Assembly (NCBI GenBank): GCA_963675755.2
Contig: CAXXMD010000001.1
Coordinates: 192,001 to 256,000, forward strand
Reading direction: 5' to 3'
DNA length: 64,000 nt
Origin: a bacterium
GTDB taxonomy: Bacteria; Zhuqueibacterota; Zhuqueibacteria; Residuimicrobiales; Krinioviventaceae
Shown in pieces: positions 41,477 to 51,804 of this stretch (positions are counted from its first letter, which is position 1; every line of letters starts with the position of its first letter). Made by a program: the position numbers and the translations under genes. The notes beneath the pieces were generated by a model. That model worked only from the letters and a program-made list of their open reading frames with translations. It ran no database searches and had not been told where the DNA came from.

Positions 41477-42511
41477 ATGGATAATTATAACAAAATACTC
41501 GTAATTAAACTTCGTGCCATTGGTGATGTTTTACTATCAACAATTGTTATAAACAATTTGCGTTCTGCGTTTCCCGAGGCCCAAATAGATTTTTTAACTG
41601 AAAAAGCGGGTTCTAAAATTGTATTGGGCAATCCTGCGTTAGACAAAGTCCACATATTGACAAAGGACAGAAATAAATCTGGTTTTAGAAGATTTATGGA
41701 TGATGTCGCTTTTATCAGAAAAATCCAAAAAGAAAAGTACGATCTGGTTTTTGATTTTTTTGGAAATCCACGAAGTGCGATTCTAACTTTATTGTCTCAA
41801 GCTGATGTTCGTATTGGATATGATTATCGTTTACGGCAGCGTGCTTATAATCGGGTAGTGAAATCAAGAGCAAGTGAAATACATGAAGCACTTTGGCATT
41901 TGGATGCTTTGCAATATTTGGATATTCCTATCATTGATAAAAATTTAAATTTTTTCATCGATGATGTCAGTTTTGAATTTGCAAACCAATTTTGGAAACA
42001 GGAACAATTTGAAAACAAGCATGTTATAGGAATTAATTTTTCCGGAGGTTGGCCTGCAAAGAAATGGCCTGTTGACCGGTTTGCTCAACTTGTAGATAGA
42101 ATTAAAACAGATTATGATACTGAGGTGCTTGTGTTTTGGGGACCGGGAGAAAAAAAAGAAGCTCTTGAACTGGCAGAACTTGCAAATCAAAAGATCTGTT
42201 TGATCCCTGAAACAGATTTGAAACAACTTGGTGCGATTCTGAAAAAGATTGATATGCTGGTGACTACTGATTCAGGCCCCATGCATATAGCCGCATCTGT
42301 GAATACTCCGTGTGTTGCTATTTATGGACCTACCAATTTTCGATTACAGGGACCTTATGGTACCGGGCATGAAATTGTTTATAAAGATAAATTAGACTGT
42401 CTGGGTTGCAACCGATTGGATTGTGAGCATACAACTTGTATGAATGCGCTTACTGTTGATAGAGTTTATGAAAGCGTTAAGAATTGTTTAGTAAGAAACG
42501 GGATTTTTTAA
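41477..42511 (+). CDS. Glycosyltransferase family 9 (WaaF-like heptosyltransferase)
   Basis: KLRAIGDVLL, KKWP, DSGPMHIAA, YGPT, C.GC...C....CM. Confidence 0.92.
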   Translation: MDNYNKILVIKLRAIGDVLLSTIVINNLRSAFPEAQIDFLTEKAGSKIVLGNPALDKVHILTKDRNKSGFRRFMDDVAFIRKIQKEKYDLVFDFFGNPRSAILTLLSQADVRIGYDYRLRQRAYNRVVKSRASEIHEALWHLDALQYLDIPIIDKNLNFFIDDVSFEFANQFWKQEQFENKHVIGINFSGGWPAKKWPVDRFAQLVDRIKTDYDTEVLVFWGPGEKKEALELAELANQKICLIPETDLKQLGAILKKIDMLVTTDSGPMHIAASVNTPCVAIYGPTNFRLQGPYGTGHEIVYKDKLDCLGCNRLDCEHTTCMNALTVDRVYESVKNCLVRNGIF

Positions 42512-42512
42512 T

Positions 42513-43292
42513 ATGGAAAAAATTTCTGTATCTATTATCACGTTGAACGAAGAAAAGAATATTGGTGATTGTCTAAAGAGTGTAAACTGGGCCGATGAGA
42601 TTATTGTTGTTGACGGAGAAAGCACAGACAATACAGTTGAAATCTGCAAGCAATACACGGATAAAATATTCACAAAGCCTTTTGTTGAATTCTCATCGCA
42701 AAAACAATATGCACTCGACCAGTGTCAATATCCCTGGGTGCTTTCATTAGATTCCGATGAACGGGTGTTACCTGAATTAAAAGAGGAAATATTAGAACTT
42801 TTGGTGAGTAAAGAAATTTCTCATCAGGGTTATTATATTGCCAGACGTTCTTACTTTATGAACAAGTGGATTAAATATTGTGGCTGGTATCCCGGGTATC
42901 AATTGCGTCTATTTAAAAGAGATGTGACACATGTTAGCCCTAACCGGGTTCATGAAGGATTTATTGTAAAGGGCACTACTGCAAAATTGAAATATGATAT
43001 TGATCATTATTCTCATCCTACTATTGAAAGTAGTATAAAGAAACTCAATCACTATACAACACTTGAAGCAAGGGATCGTGTAAATAAAAAAAAAGTTGGG
43101 GTGCACAATTTTATTTTTAACCCACTTAGTGCTTTTCTTATTAAATATGTTCGTCAACAGGGATATCGGGATGGAATGCATGGCTTTCTGCTAAGTTGGA
43201 TTGCATCATTTCTTAAAATGGTTTTATATATGAAGATTTGGGTTTTACAAAAATATGGTGATTCTGTTGTCAATGCCGATGGAGAATCATGA
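42513..43292 (+). CDS. Glycosyltransferase family 2 (WaaE/KdtX-like)
   Basis: IITLNEE..I..CL.SV.WADEIIVVD, LDSDE, GWYP...RLF, VHE. Confidence 0.92.
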   Translation: MEKISVSIITLNEEKNIGDCLKSVNWADEIIVVDGESTDNTVEICKQYTDKIFTKPFVEFSSQKQYALDQCQYPWVLSLDSDERVLPELKEEILELLVSKEISHQGYYIARRSYFMNKWIKYCGWYPGYQLRLFKRDVTHVSPNRVHEGFIVKGTTAKLKYDIDHYSHPTIESSIKKLNHYTTLEARDRVNKKKVGVHNFIFNPLSAFLIKYVRQQGYRDGMHGFLLSWIASFLKMVLYMKIWVLQKYGDSVVNADGES

Positions 43293-44074
43293 TTATGAGT
43301 AAACTATCCGTTATTATAATTACTTTAAATGAAGAGCGACATATTGGTGCCTGTCTAAAAAGTGTGAACTGGGCAGATGAGATTATTGTAGTAGATGCGA
43401 AAAGTACTGACCGTACGGTAGAAATTGCAAAACAATATACTGAAAAAGTATATGTTAATGAATGGTTGGGATACTCTGAAAATAAAAATATTGCTTTGAG
43501 TCATGCGAGTAATGAATGGGTACTTTGGCTGGATGCTGATGAAAGAGTAACTCCCGAATTGGCACAGGAAATTCAGGACTTGTTAAAAACGAATCCTGCT
43601 GAAAATGGATTCGAGATGTCAAGGCGAGCGTATTTTCTTGGTAAATGGATTAAACATTGCGGTTGGTATCCTGATTATGTGATGCGTTTGTTTCGCCGTG
43701 AAAAAGGGATTTTTAATGATAATCGTGTACATGAAGGTGTTCAGCTTGAAGGAAGTAAGAGGCGTTTGAATCATGATTTGTTACATTTTACAGATGATTC
43801 TCTTGAACATTATTTGTGGAAATTTAATCGATATACAACGCTTGCCGCAGAAGAACAGGTTAAACGTAAAAAAAGATCAGGATTGTTTAAAATTTTATTT
43901 AGACCATTGCATACATGGTTAAAAATGTATATATTTAAATTAGGATTTCTTGATGGAGTTCAGGGATTTATTTTGTGTTCATTGTCTGCCGGGTATGTGG
44001 CTGTTAAATATGCAAAGACCTGGGAATTGGATCGCAAACTAGAGAATGACAGTTCAGGAGGTAACAATAAATGA
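43289..44074 (+). CDS. Glycosyltransferase family 2 (WaaE/KdtX-like), tandem paralog
   Basis: Same motifs as the preceding gene; GFLDG..G. Confidence 0.92.
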   Translation: MIMSKLSVIIITLNEERHIGACLKSVNWADEIIVVDAKSTDRTVEIAKQYTEKVYVNEWLGYSENKNIALSHASNEWVLWLDADERVTPELAQEIQDLLKTNPAENGFEMSRRAYFLGKWIKHCGWYPDYVMRLFRREKGIFNDNRVHEGVQLEGSKRRLNHDLLHFTDDSLEHYLWKFNRYTTLAAEEQVKRKKRSGLFKILFRPLHTWLKMYIFKLGFLDGVQGFILCSLSAGYVAVKYAKTWELDRKLENDSSGGNNK

Positions 44075-44412
44075 ATTTTTTACTCGAAGAAGTTAATGAT
44101 GTTAAAATATTACGCATTAAAGAAGAACGGCTGGATACTGCTATTGCACCGGATTTAAAAGCACAACTGCTTGTGTTGATTAAAGAAAAGGACAATAAAG
44201 TTCTTGTAGATCTTTCTGATACAAAATATGCGGACAGTTCCGGTTTGGGCGCAATATTATTAGGTCTAAGACAAGCTCGTGAAATTGGAGCCAAGTTTGC
44301 GGTATTTGGGGCCCAAAAACGCGTAGAGAGCTTGATAGAAATTGCTCAATTGGGTGAAATTTTAATTAATTATGAAAATGAGTTCAAAGCACTTGAACAG
44401 TTTGGAGCTTGA
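44071..44412 (+). CDS. STAS-domain anti-sigma factor antagonist
   Basis: RLD...AP.LK, LVDLS...Y.DSSGLG phosphorylatable Ser motif. Confidence 0.9.
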   Translation: MNFLLEEVNDVKILRIKEERLDTAIAPDLKAQLLVLIKEKDNKVLVDLSDTKYADSSGLGAILLGLRQAREIGAKFAVFGAQKRVESLIEIAQLGEILINYENEFKALEQFGA

Positions 44413-44419
44413 TTCATTA

Positions 44420-44647
44420 TTAAACATATTCGTATGAAAAGCCGGCATGTTTAATATATTTATTAAAGAATTGATCCCTAGATGCTGATTTAACCAGTTT
44501 ACTATAAATATAGTCTGGTACTCCAAGGTATTGAATTGTTTCGTTGTTTGAAAATTCAACAGTCAGGGTAAATAGATCAGCATCATATTGAAATGTACTT
44601 ATTTTGGGGGCGTTGTTTTTTATCTTTTCAAACAGAATCTCGACCAT
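44420..44647 (-). CDS. KTSC-domain protein
   Basis: YD....L.VEF.....QY.GVP..IY..L..SAS...FFN.YIK; GGAGA SD upstream. Confidence 0.8.
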   Translation of the reverse strand: MVEILFEKIKNNAPKISTFQYDADLFTLTVEFSNNETIQYLGVPDYIYSKLVKSASRDQFFNKYIKHAGFSYEYV

Positions 44648-44797
44648 GTGATTTCATCTCCATATTGATTCAATTAGAAAAACTGTGAAAATATTTCATG
44701 TTTGTGCATATATTGCACCAATTGAAAATATTCTACTATTGTTTTTATTGTAGTTAAGTGTTGTAAGTAGCTTTTTTTACTTTCTGAACAATGTAAA

Positions 44798-44813
44798 AGC
44801 AAAATTTATGCCT
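44798..44813 (-). promoter_or_regulatory. Putative sigma54 (-24/-12) promoter for the KTSC gene
   Basis: Minus strand AGGCATAAATTTTGCT, GG-N10-GC spacing, close to TGGCAC-N5-TTGCW. Confidence 0.55.
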
Positions 44814-44870
44814 TGTGTTGCCCCATCCCAATGAAATAAATGTAATGAATTAAAAATTGTAATGCAAGAA

Positions 44871-44900
44871 ATTTCGCCCTGTCAATAAGCAGGGCGAAAT
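44871..44900 (-). terminator. Terminator of the trp operon
   Basis: 11-bp stem ATTTCGCCCTG/CAGGGCGAAAT immediately after the trpA stop. Confidence 0.7.
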
Positions 44901-44904
44901 AATA

Positions 44905-45687
44905 TTAGATGGTCGATTTGAGTATTTTTACAAATTCCCCAGCAAAGTCTGCTTTGTTTTCTACTTTTTCCAGTTCTGCTATTAACCAGCTGCCTATGAT
45001 AACACAATCTGCTATCTCGCTTGCTGCTTTGGCATCCTGATTTGATGCAATTCCAAACCCGATTGCTAATGGCATATCAGTACTTTTACGTACAGATTGT
45101 ATAATGTTTTTCAATTCATCGCTAGCGTGAAAACCTTTACCGGTTGTACCGTAATTGGACACACAATATAAAAAGCCCTGAGAGGCCTTGGTGATCTTTT
45201 GTGTACGTTCATTCTCAAGTTCAGGTGCCATAAGCTGTATGAGCGAAATATCATATTTTTTACACTGTTCCATAAGATCATGACTTTCTTCAAAAGGCAA
45301 GTCTGCCATGATCAAACCATCTCCACCTGCTGAATTTAAATCTTTTGTAAAAGCTTCAAGACCATATTGGTAAACAGGATTATAATAACCCATCAATACA
45401 ACAGGTGTATTGTGTGTTTTCCGAAAGGATTTGACCAGATCCAATATCTTTGAAATATTAACATTGTTTTTTAATGCTCTGTTTGAAGCCCGTTGAATAA
45501 CCGGCCCATCAGCAATGGGATCAGAAAAGGGGACTCCCAATTCTATACAGTCAACTCCATTGTCAGCCATTGCTTTCATAATTTCAAGTGTGGTATCAAT
45601 ATCAGGATCTCCAGCGGTTATGTAGAGTATTAATCCTTTTTCCTGATTTTGTTTTAATGTATTTAAATGGGTTTCCAATCTGTTCAT
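44905..45687 (-). CDS. trpA: Tryptophan synthase alpha chain
   Basis: YITAGDP, ELGVPFSDPIADGPVIQ, MGYYNP, DLPFEE, GFGI; start ATG 45687 after GAGAGGG. Confidence 0.97.
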   Translation of the reverse strand: MNRLETHLNTLKQNQEKGLILYITAGDPDIDTTLEIMKAMADNGVDCIELGVPFSDPIADGPVIQRASNRALKNNVNISKILDLVKSFRKTHNTPVVLMGYYNPVYQYGLEAFTKDLNSAGGDGLIMADLPFEESHDLMEQCKKYDISLIQLMAPELENERTQKITKASQGFLYCVSNYGTTGKGFHASDELKNIIQSVRKSTDMPLAIGFGIASNQDAKAASEIADCVIIGSWLIAELEKVENKADFAGEFVKILKSTI

Positions 45688-45697
45688 TTTTCCCTCT

Positions 45698-46861
45698 CTA
45701 ATCATGTTGTAAAGTTACAATATCTTTGTCGCCACGCCCAGATAAGCAAACCAGTATAGATTTGTCTTTTTCAAGCTGTGGTGCCAATTTCATGGTGTGT
45801 GCAATGGCGTGTGAGCTCTCAAGCGCAGGAATAATTCCTTCTTCACGAGCCAAGAGTTGATATGCCTCAATTGCTTCCTTGTCATAGATTTTAACATATT
45901 CTGCGCGTCCCGATTCTTTCAGGAATGAATGCTCCGGCCCTACTCCCGGGTAATCAAGTCCTGCTGCTATAGAGTGGGCCTCGGAAATTTGGCCATTTTC
46001 TGTTTGGATGAAATATGTTTTTTTACCGTGAAACACACCAATCGTACCAAAGGTGAGAGAAGATGAATTATCACCAATAGCATCGCCTCTGCCGCCTGCT
46101 TCAACACCTACAAGCTTGGCAGTTGTGTCGATAAAAGGATAAAAGGTACCCATTGAATTACTTCCACCACCTACACAAGCAACAACATAATCCGGTACAT
46201 CTATGTTATATGCCGGTAGCTGCTCACGTGCTTCACGGCCAATCACAGATTGAAAATCCCGCACCATTTGAGGAAAAGGGTGTGGTCCAATTACCGAACC
46301 CACCAGGTAATGAGTAGTCTTTACGCTTTGGGCCCATTCACGCATTGTTTCATTAACTGCGTCTTTTAATGTTTGCGAGCCACTTTCAACCGGAATAACC
46401 TGTGCACCCAATAGCTTCATGCGGAAAACATTCAGTTCCTGCCGAATTGTATCTTCCTTACCCATATAAATATGACATTCCATACCCAGCAACGCACACA
46501 CAGTAGCAGTTGCAACACCATGCTGTCCGGCTCCGGTTTCTGCAATGATTCGATTTTTACCCATTTTTTTTGCCAACAGTGCCTGCCCCAGGCAGTTGTT
46601 TAATTTGTGGGAACCGGTATGGTTCAGATCTTCACGTTTTAAAAAGATTTTTGCACCGCCGGCTTTTTCAGTAAGGTTTTTTGCATAGTAAACCGGTGTG
46701 GGCCTGCCGGAATAATTTGCCAGCAGATGGGCCAGCTCTTGTTGAAACTCAGGGTCTGATTTAGATTGTTCATAAAACGATTCAAGTTCTATCAATGCAG
46801 GCATCAGCAGTTCTGGAACAAACTGACCACCGAATTGACCAAAATATCCATGATTAGCCAT
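45698..46861 (-). CDS. trpB: Tryptophan synthase beta chain
   Basis: [47 protein letters not shown]. Confidence 0.98.
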   Translation of the reverse strand: MANHGYFGQFGGQFVPELLMPALIELESFYEQSKSDPEFQQELAHLLANYSGRPTPVYYAKNLTEKAGGAKIFLKREDLNHTGSHKLNNCLGQALLAKKMGKNRIIAETGAGQHGVATATVCALLGMECHIYMGKEDTIRQELNVFRMKLLGAQVIPVESGSQTLKDAVNETMREWAQSVKTTHYLVGSVIGPHPFPQMVRDFQSVIGREAREQLPAYNIDVPDYVVACVGGGSNSMGTFYPFIDTTAKLVGVEAGGRGDAIGDNSSSLTFGTIGVFHGKKTYFIQTENGQISEAHSIAAGLDYPGVGPEHSFLKESGRAEYVKIYDKEAIEAYQLLAREEGIIPALESSHAIAHTMKLAPQLEKDKSILVCLSGRGDKDIVTLQHD

Positions 46862-47465
46862 TATTATATATTTCCTTTACTGTTTTAATCAAGCGTTCCA
46901 TTTTTGAGTGATTTTTAATTCCGGGCGCATCTTCAATCCCGGAACTGGTATCAATTCCAAAAGGTGTAAATTCCGAAAGCAGCTCCAGTACAGTATCCGG
47001 TGTTATGCCACCAGCCAGTATTATTTCATCAAGGTTCAAATTCATAAGCAGCTGTTTGTCTATCAGTTTTCCGGTTCCACCAGCCTGACCAGGTACATAA
47101 GCATCAAATAATTTTTTAAATACCTGTTTGTAATTTTCAGAATTGGTGATAGTATCAGAATCTTTGACTCTGAAAGCCTTTATTACTGGTTTTTCGATTT
47201 GTTCACAATACGCTGGTGTTTCACTGCCATGCAGTTGAATATAATCAAGGTTGCATAGCGTTGCAGTATTGTTTACAAATGGTACTTCCTGATCCATAAA
47301 TACACCCACTTTGGGTACTTTTGTATTATTACAAATTTCTGCTGCAGCTTGCGGTGTTATCTGTCTCGGGCTTTTGGTGAAAATAAAGCCAACAGCATCA
47401 ACTCCCAGTTCCTGAGCATATAAAACATCCTCTAATCGGGTCATTCCACAATATTTAATCCACAT
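46854..47465 (-). CDS. trpF: Phosphoribosylanthranilate isomerase
   Basis: K.CG.T, QLHG.E, GGTG, LAGG, D.SSGIE..PG.K. Confidence 0.95.
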   Translation of the reverse strand: MWIKYCGMTRLEDVLYAQELGVDAVGFIFTKSPRQITPQAAAEICNNTKVPKVGVFMDQEVPFVNNTATLCNLDYIQLHGSETPAYCEQIEKPVIKAFRVKDSDTITNSENYKQVFKKLFDAYVPGQAGGTGKLIDKQLLMNLNLDEIILAGGITPDTVLELLSEFTPFGIDTSSGIEDAPGIKNHSKMERLIKTVKEIYNNG

Positions 47466-48252
47466 GATTGATCCCTTTTAATTCGTTCAGAAATGACTCT
47501 TTATCCGGTTTTTTCATCAATGATTCTCCAATCAATGCCGCGTTAAAACCAGCCTCTTGCAACATGACAATATCATCACGACTAAAAATACCGCTTTCAC
47601 TCACCCGAATTGTTTCTTTTGGCATCAAACTGCTTAATCGTTTACTGGTATCCAGTGTGGTTTCAAAGGTTTCAAGGTTCCGGTTGTTCACACCAATGAT
47701 TGACGCATTTGTATTTACTGCTATTTCCAGTTCTTTTTCGTCATGCACTTCTACCAAGGCATCAAGATTCATTGAACCGGCTAATTGTAATAGATCTGAT
47801 AATTGTTGGGGATCCAGAGCTGCTACGATTAACAATATTGCACTTGCCGAATGGTTTACTGCTTCATAAACCTGATATTCGTCAACAATAAAGTCTTTGC
47901 GCAAAGTTGGTAAGCCGATGAACTCTGAAATTTCGTATAAATAGTTCAAATGACCCTGAAAATACAATTCTTCAGTTAGAACCGATATCGCTGCTGCACC
48001 ACCTTGTTCATATTGTTTGGCAAAAAAGAGAGGATAAAAATGCTCGCAAATCACTCCTTTACTGGGAGATGCTTTTTTTACCTCTGCAATGATTGCCATA
48101 TTATCAGATAAAAGTGAATCTCTGAAACGGAACGGCGTTTTGTTTTGTACTTTTTCTTCTGCAATTTTTCTAACTTTTAAAATGGAATTCAACTTTTTCC
48201 GTTCTACAAGCTGTTTTTTTGTATCTGTTATGATTTTATCTAATATATTCAT
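47455..48252 (-). CDS. trpC: Indole-3-glycerol phosphate synthase
   Basis: IAEVKKASPSKG, ISVLTE, LRKDF, GVNNRNL, SESGI; start ATG 48252. Confidence 0.97.
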   Translation of the reverse strand: MNILDKIITDTKKQLVERKKLNSILKVRKIAEEKVQNKTPFRFRDSLLSDNMAIIAEVKKASPSKGVICEHFYPLFFAKQYEQGGAAAISVLTEELYFQGHLNYLYEISEFIGLPTLRKDFIVDEYQVYEAVNHSASAILLIVAALDPQQLSDLLQLAGSMNLDALVEVHDEKELEIAVNTNASIIGVNNRNLETFETTLDTSKRLSSLMPKETIRVSESGIFSRDDIVMLQEAGFNAALIGESLMKKPDKESFLNELKGINHVD

Positions 48253-48265
48253 TATTCTGCCAGTT

Positions 48266-49288
48266 TCAGTTCGCATTTACAGTGAGGGATTGGGTGAATT
48301 CTATGCATTCGTTTAGTTTATTTTTGGCTTTTCCGGAATAAATGGTTTCAAAAGCAAGCTCTACACCTTCCTTTATAGAGCTGCTTTTTCCACCAACATA
48401 CATCGCCGCGCCGGCATTTAATGCAGTAATATCCGTTTTTGCACCTTTTTCACCATCCAGAATAGATTTAATGATTTGTGCATTTTCATCGGCTTCATTG
48501 CCCTTGACTGATTCTATGGGTTGTTTTGAAATACCAACGGATTCCGGTGATATTGTGTATTGTTTGATCTCACCATTTACCAGTTCAAATACATCTGTAT
48601 CACTGCTGATGGAAAATTCATCCAATCCATCCTGACTGTGGATTACCATTATATGCTCACTGCCAAGCGATTTTAATACATTGACCATTTTTTCTGCAGT
48701 TTGAAGATTAAATGCTCCAATTACCTGGCGTTTGACCTGGGCAGGATTAGACATGGGGCCGAGAATGTTAAATACGGTTCGAATTCCCATTTCTCTTCGA
48801 GGAACAACCGCATGTTTCATAGAAGGGTGGAAGAGAGGAGCAAATAAAAAGACCAGACCGGTTTCATGCAGACACTTTTCCGCCTGTTCGGGAGACAGCT
48901 CAATATTCATTCCCAGTGCTTTAAACACATCGGCACTACCGCATTTGCTGGAGACGGACCGGTTTCCATGTTTGGCTACGGGAATGCCTGCAGCCGCAGT
49001 TACAATAGAAGATGCTGTTGAAATGTTAAAAGTTGAAGAGCCATCTCCGCCTGTACCGCAGGTGTCAATGGTTCCTGCAGGAGCGGATATTATATTGGCT
49101 TTGTTTAACATTGCTTTTACAAAAGCAGAAATTTCTTCTGTTGTTTCTCCTTTGATCTTTAATCCCATTAAAAATGCTGCAATCTGTACTGGGGTTAATT
49201 CTCCATTCATAATGGATAACATGGTTTCATATGCTTCGTCATTATTTAATGCAGTCTGGTTTGCAAGTTTATCTAAAACGGCTTTCAT
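48266..49288 (-). CDS. trpD: Anthranilate phosphoribosyltransferase
   Basis: DTCGTGGDG, NIST, KHGNR, GSAD, RTVFNILGP, DGLDE. Confidence 0.97.
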   Translation of the reverse strand: MKAVLDKLANQTALNNDEAYETMLSIMNGELTPVQIAAFLMGLKIKGETTEEISAFVKAMLNKANIISAPAGTIDTCGTGGDGSSTFNISTASSIVTAAAGIPVAKHGNRSVSSKCGSADVFKALGMNIELSPEQAEKCLHETGLVFLFAPLFHPSMKHAVVPRREMGIRTVFNILGPMSNPAQVKRQVIGAFNLQTAEKMVNVLKSLGSEHIMVIHSQDGLDEFSISSDTDVFELVNGEIKQYTISPESVGISKQPIESVKGNEADENAQIIKSILDGEKGAKTDITALNAGAAMYVGGKSSSIKEGVELAFETIYSGKAKNKLNECIEFTQSLTVNAN

Positions 49289-49300
49289 AATTCTCTCCGG

Positions 49301-49867
49301 TTAATTTTTTCTTACAAAATTTTCAATTATTTTCATACCATCTTTGGTCATAATTGATTCTGGATGAAACTGAACGCCTTCAACAGGATATTCTTTGTGA
49401 CGAATTCCCATAATCTGGTGATCTGCTGTTTCTGCAGTGATTTCCAGACAATCAGGCAGGGTTTCACGTTCTACAATTAAAGAATGATATCTGCCGCCCT
49501 TTAATGGATTCGGAACATTTGCAAAGAGTCCTTTACCATCGTGATTAATATCGCTGTCTTTACCATGTACCAGTTCTTTTGCCTGAATAACTTTGCCTTG
49601 AAATGCTTCTGCAATGGACTGGTGTCCCAGACAGACGCCAAGCAATGGATATTTTTTATAGAATGTTTTAATTACATCCAGTGAAATACCGGCTGAATTC
49701 GGATATCCCGGTCCCGGAGAGATCACGATCTTGTCCGGATTCAACTTTTCTATTTCTTCCAAAGTAATTTCATCATTTCTTTTAACTATCAGTGTTTCAC
49801 CCAGCGAACCAATATATTGTACCAGGTTATACGTAAATGAATCATAATTATCAATTACCAGTATCAT
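49301..49867 (-). CDS. trpG: Anthranilate synthase component II (glutamine amidotransferase)
   Basis: [34 protein letters not shown]. Confidence 0.97.
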   Translation of the reverse strand: MILVIDNYDSFTYNLVQYIGSLGETLIVKRNDEITLEEIEKLNPDKIVISPGPGYPNSAGISLDVIKTFYKKYPLLGVCLGHQSIAEAFQGKVIQAKELVHGKDSDINHDGKGLFANVPNPLKGGRYHSLIVERETLPDCLEITAETADHQIMGIRHKEYPVEGVQFHPESIMTKDGMKIIENFVRKN

Positions 49868-51336
49868 AACAAACCTCCCTGCGCATATTCTATTGCTGTC
49901 AAAAGCCCTTTGGCTTTGTTCAGTGTCTCCTGGTATTCACTTTCAGGTACAGAGTCGGCAACAATTCCTGCACCTGCCTGTACATAAGCATTGTTATCTT
50001 TTATATATATCGTTCTTATGGCAATACAAACATCCATATTGCCGTTAAATCCAAAATATCCTGCCGCACCAGCGTAAATTCCGCGTTTTGTTGGTTCCAG
50101 TTCTTCAATGATTTCCATTGCCCTAACCTTTGGCGCTCCCGAAACCGTACCGGCTGGAAAGCAGGCTTTAAAAACATCAATGGCATCCATGCCCTCTTTT
50201 AGTGTTCCGGTAACAGTTGAGACAATATGTATGACATGTGAATATTTTTCCGTTATCATTAAATCTTCAACTTTGACAGATCCATATTCAGCAATACGGC
50301 CAATATCATTTCGGCCCAGGTCAACCAGCATAGTATGCTCGGCTATTTCTTTGGGATCTGCCAACAAGTCGTCTATAATTTCCTTATCTTCCTGTTCATT
50401 CAAACCTCGTTTGCGTGTACCGGCAATGGGTTTAACCAAAACCTTACCGTCTTCAAGTTTAACCAGTGTTTCTGGTGATGAGCCAAGAATACTGGTATCA
50501 TTCATGTCGAGATAAAACATATAGGGGGAGGGATTGATAACGCGTAAAGCGCGGTATATATCAAAAGGATTGGTATCTGTGCTGACTCTGAGGCGTTGTG
50601 AGAGCACGCCCTGAAAGATATCACCCTTTTTAATATATTCTTTGGTTTTTTCAACTATTTCCTTGTATTCCTCTTTACTGACATTACTTTCAAAGTAATC
50701 TGATTTAAGTAAACTGGTTCTGCCATTTCGTAATTGGGGACTGGAATGAATAGAATCAATAATGTCTTTAATTTTATTAACAGCTTCTGCGTATTCTTTT
50801 TCAATGTTACCTTTTGTCATAACATTATAGATAATAGTGATCGTATTAAAAAGGTTGTCAAATACAATTACTTTTTGAGGAATGAACAATTGTATGTCCG
50901 GTAATTCCATATCATCCAGAGTTTGGTCAGGAAGTTTTTCAATATAACGGATAGAGTCGTAACCCATATAACCGAAAAATCCGTTATCGATGAATGGTAT
51001 TTGATGTGTACTGTTGCTTTTATATTGTTTGTATAAATTCTTGAGAACCTGAAATGGATTGTCTGTAAACGTCTCTTTTTCCCCTGAATAAACATACTCG
51101 ACATCTGTAACATTATTTTTGCATGTGAAAATTACAAGCGGGCTGTCACCAATTATTGAATAGCGCCCACGTTGTACTCCACCTTCAACGCTTTCCAGTA
51201 AAAAGCGAAAATTTCCGTTTGTTGCTTTCAGAAAAGTAGAGACGGGTGTGTCCATATCACCCAGGATCTCTGCTGTTACCGGATGAAAGTTTGAACTATA
51301 CTGTTCTCTAAATTCTTCAAATGTCGTAATTTTCAT
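49864..51336 (-). CDS. trpE: Anthranilate synthase component I
   Basis: [44 protein letters not shown]. Confidence 0.97.
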   Translation of the reverse strand: MKITTFEEFREQYSSNFHPVTAEILGDMDTPVSTFLKATNGNFRFLLESVEGGVQRGRYSIIGDSPLVIFTCKNNVTDVEYVYSGEKETFTDNPFQVLKNLYKQYKSNSTHQIPFIDNGFFGYMGYDSIRYIEKLPDQTLDDMELPDIQLFIPQKVIVFDNLFNTITIIYNVMTKGNIEKEYAEAVNKIKDIIDSIHSSPQLRNGRTSLLKSDYFESNVSKEEYKEIVEKTKEYIKKGDIFQGVLSQRLRVSTDTNPFDIYRALRVINPSPYMFYLDMNDTSILGSSPETLVKLEDGKVLVKPIAGTRKRGLNEQEDKEIIDDLLADPKEIAEHTMLVDLGRNDIGRIAEYGSVKVEDLMITEKYSHVIHIVSTVTGTLKEGMDAIDVFKACFPAGTVSGAPKVRAMEIIEELEPTKRGIYAGAAGYFGFNGNMDVCIAIRTIYIKDNNAYVQAGAGIVADSVPESEYQETLNKAKGLLTAIEYAQGGLL

Positions 51337-51352
51337 GATATCTCCTATAAAT

Positions 51353-51495
51353 AAAAAAGGCGCTGTGATTTTGAGAGCTCACAGCGCCTTAAACTAAAAA
51401 CGCCGTGAATGTAAAGGTACATCCACGGCGAACATTTTTTTATATATTAAATTATTTTACCGATGGCGTACCTCAAAACTCCAGCGCCACCACCA
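51353..51495 (-). promoter_or_regulatory. trp transcription attenuator with two tandem terminator hairpins
   Basis: Hairpins 51401-51430 (+U5) and 51357-51390 (+U run); alternative antiterminator pairings are visible. Confidence 0.85.
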
Positions 51496-51528
51496 ATTTA
51501 AAAGATTTTGTAAAATAATTTGTGTCAT
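51457..51528 (-). CDS. trpL: trp operon leader peptide MTQIILQNLLNWWWRWSFEVRHR (23 aa; absent from ORF track)
   Basis: ATG at 51528, TGG TGG TGG CGC TGG, TAA at 51459-51457; directly upstream of trpE. Confidence 0.92.
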   Translation of the reverse strand: MTQIILQNLLNWWWRWSFEVRHR

Positions 51529-51558
51529 TCTTTTTCCATAAAATTATTAACGAGACAA

Positions 51559-51587
51559 AACTTAAGATAATAAAATGTGAATGTCAA
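51559..51587 (-). promoter_or_regulatory. Putative sigma70 promoter of trpL-trpE
   Basis: Minus strand TTGACA-17 nt-TAAGTT. Confidence 0.7.
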
Positions 51588-51653
51588 TACTTTTTTGACT
51601 TTTTTTGTGAATATGATAAAAAATTCAATAGAGCAGATGTTTTTAAAATTGAC

Positions 51654-51682
51654 TTGACTTGATTTTCTATTATTTATATATT
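51654..51682 (+). promoter_or_regulatory. Putative sigma70 promoter of the rib operon
   Basis: TTGACT-17 nt-TATATT, divergent from the trp promoter. Confidence 0.65.
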
Positions 51683-51804
51683 GAGGTTCGAATTTTGTAG
51701 GCTTGGTTCTTTTTAAAAATAACTCAAAATTTAAGCCCAAGTATTTGGGCTGTTTTGTGTTTATTTTGTTTATTCAAGATTTAGAATAATATAAAGGTTT
51801 TTTT

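Noticed and set aside
44755-44766. IHF-like site near the KTSC sigma54 promoter
   Set aside because: Spacing is CAA-N3-TTA rather than the N4 of the consensus.
51683-51700. GAGGTTC resembling the start of a preQ1-I riboswitch
   Set aside because: No matching P1 3' strand or A-rich tail, it overlaps the predicted TSS, and the gene context is wrong.
51525-51740. 71-aa minus-strand ORF upstream of trpL
   Set aside because: TTG start, spans both divergent promoters and has no SD or motif; the 23-aa leader explains the region.
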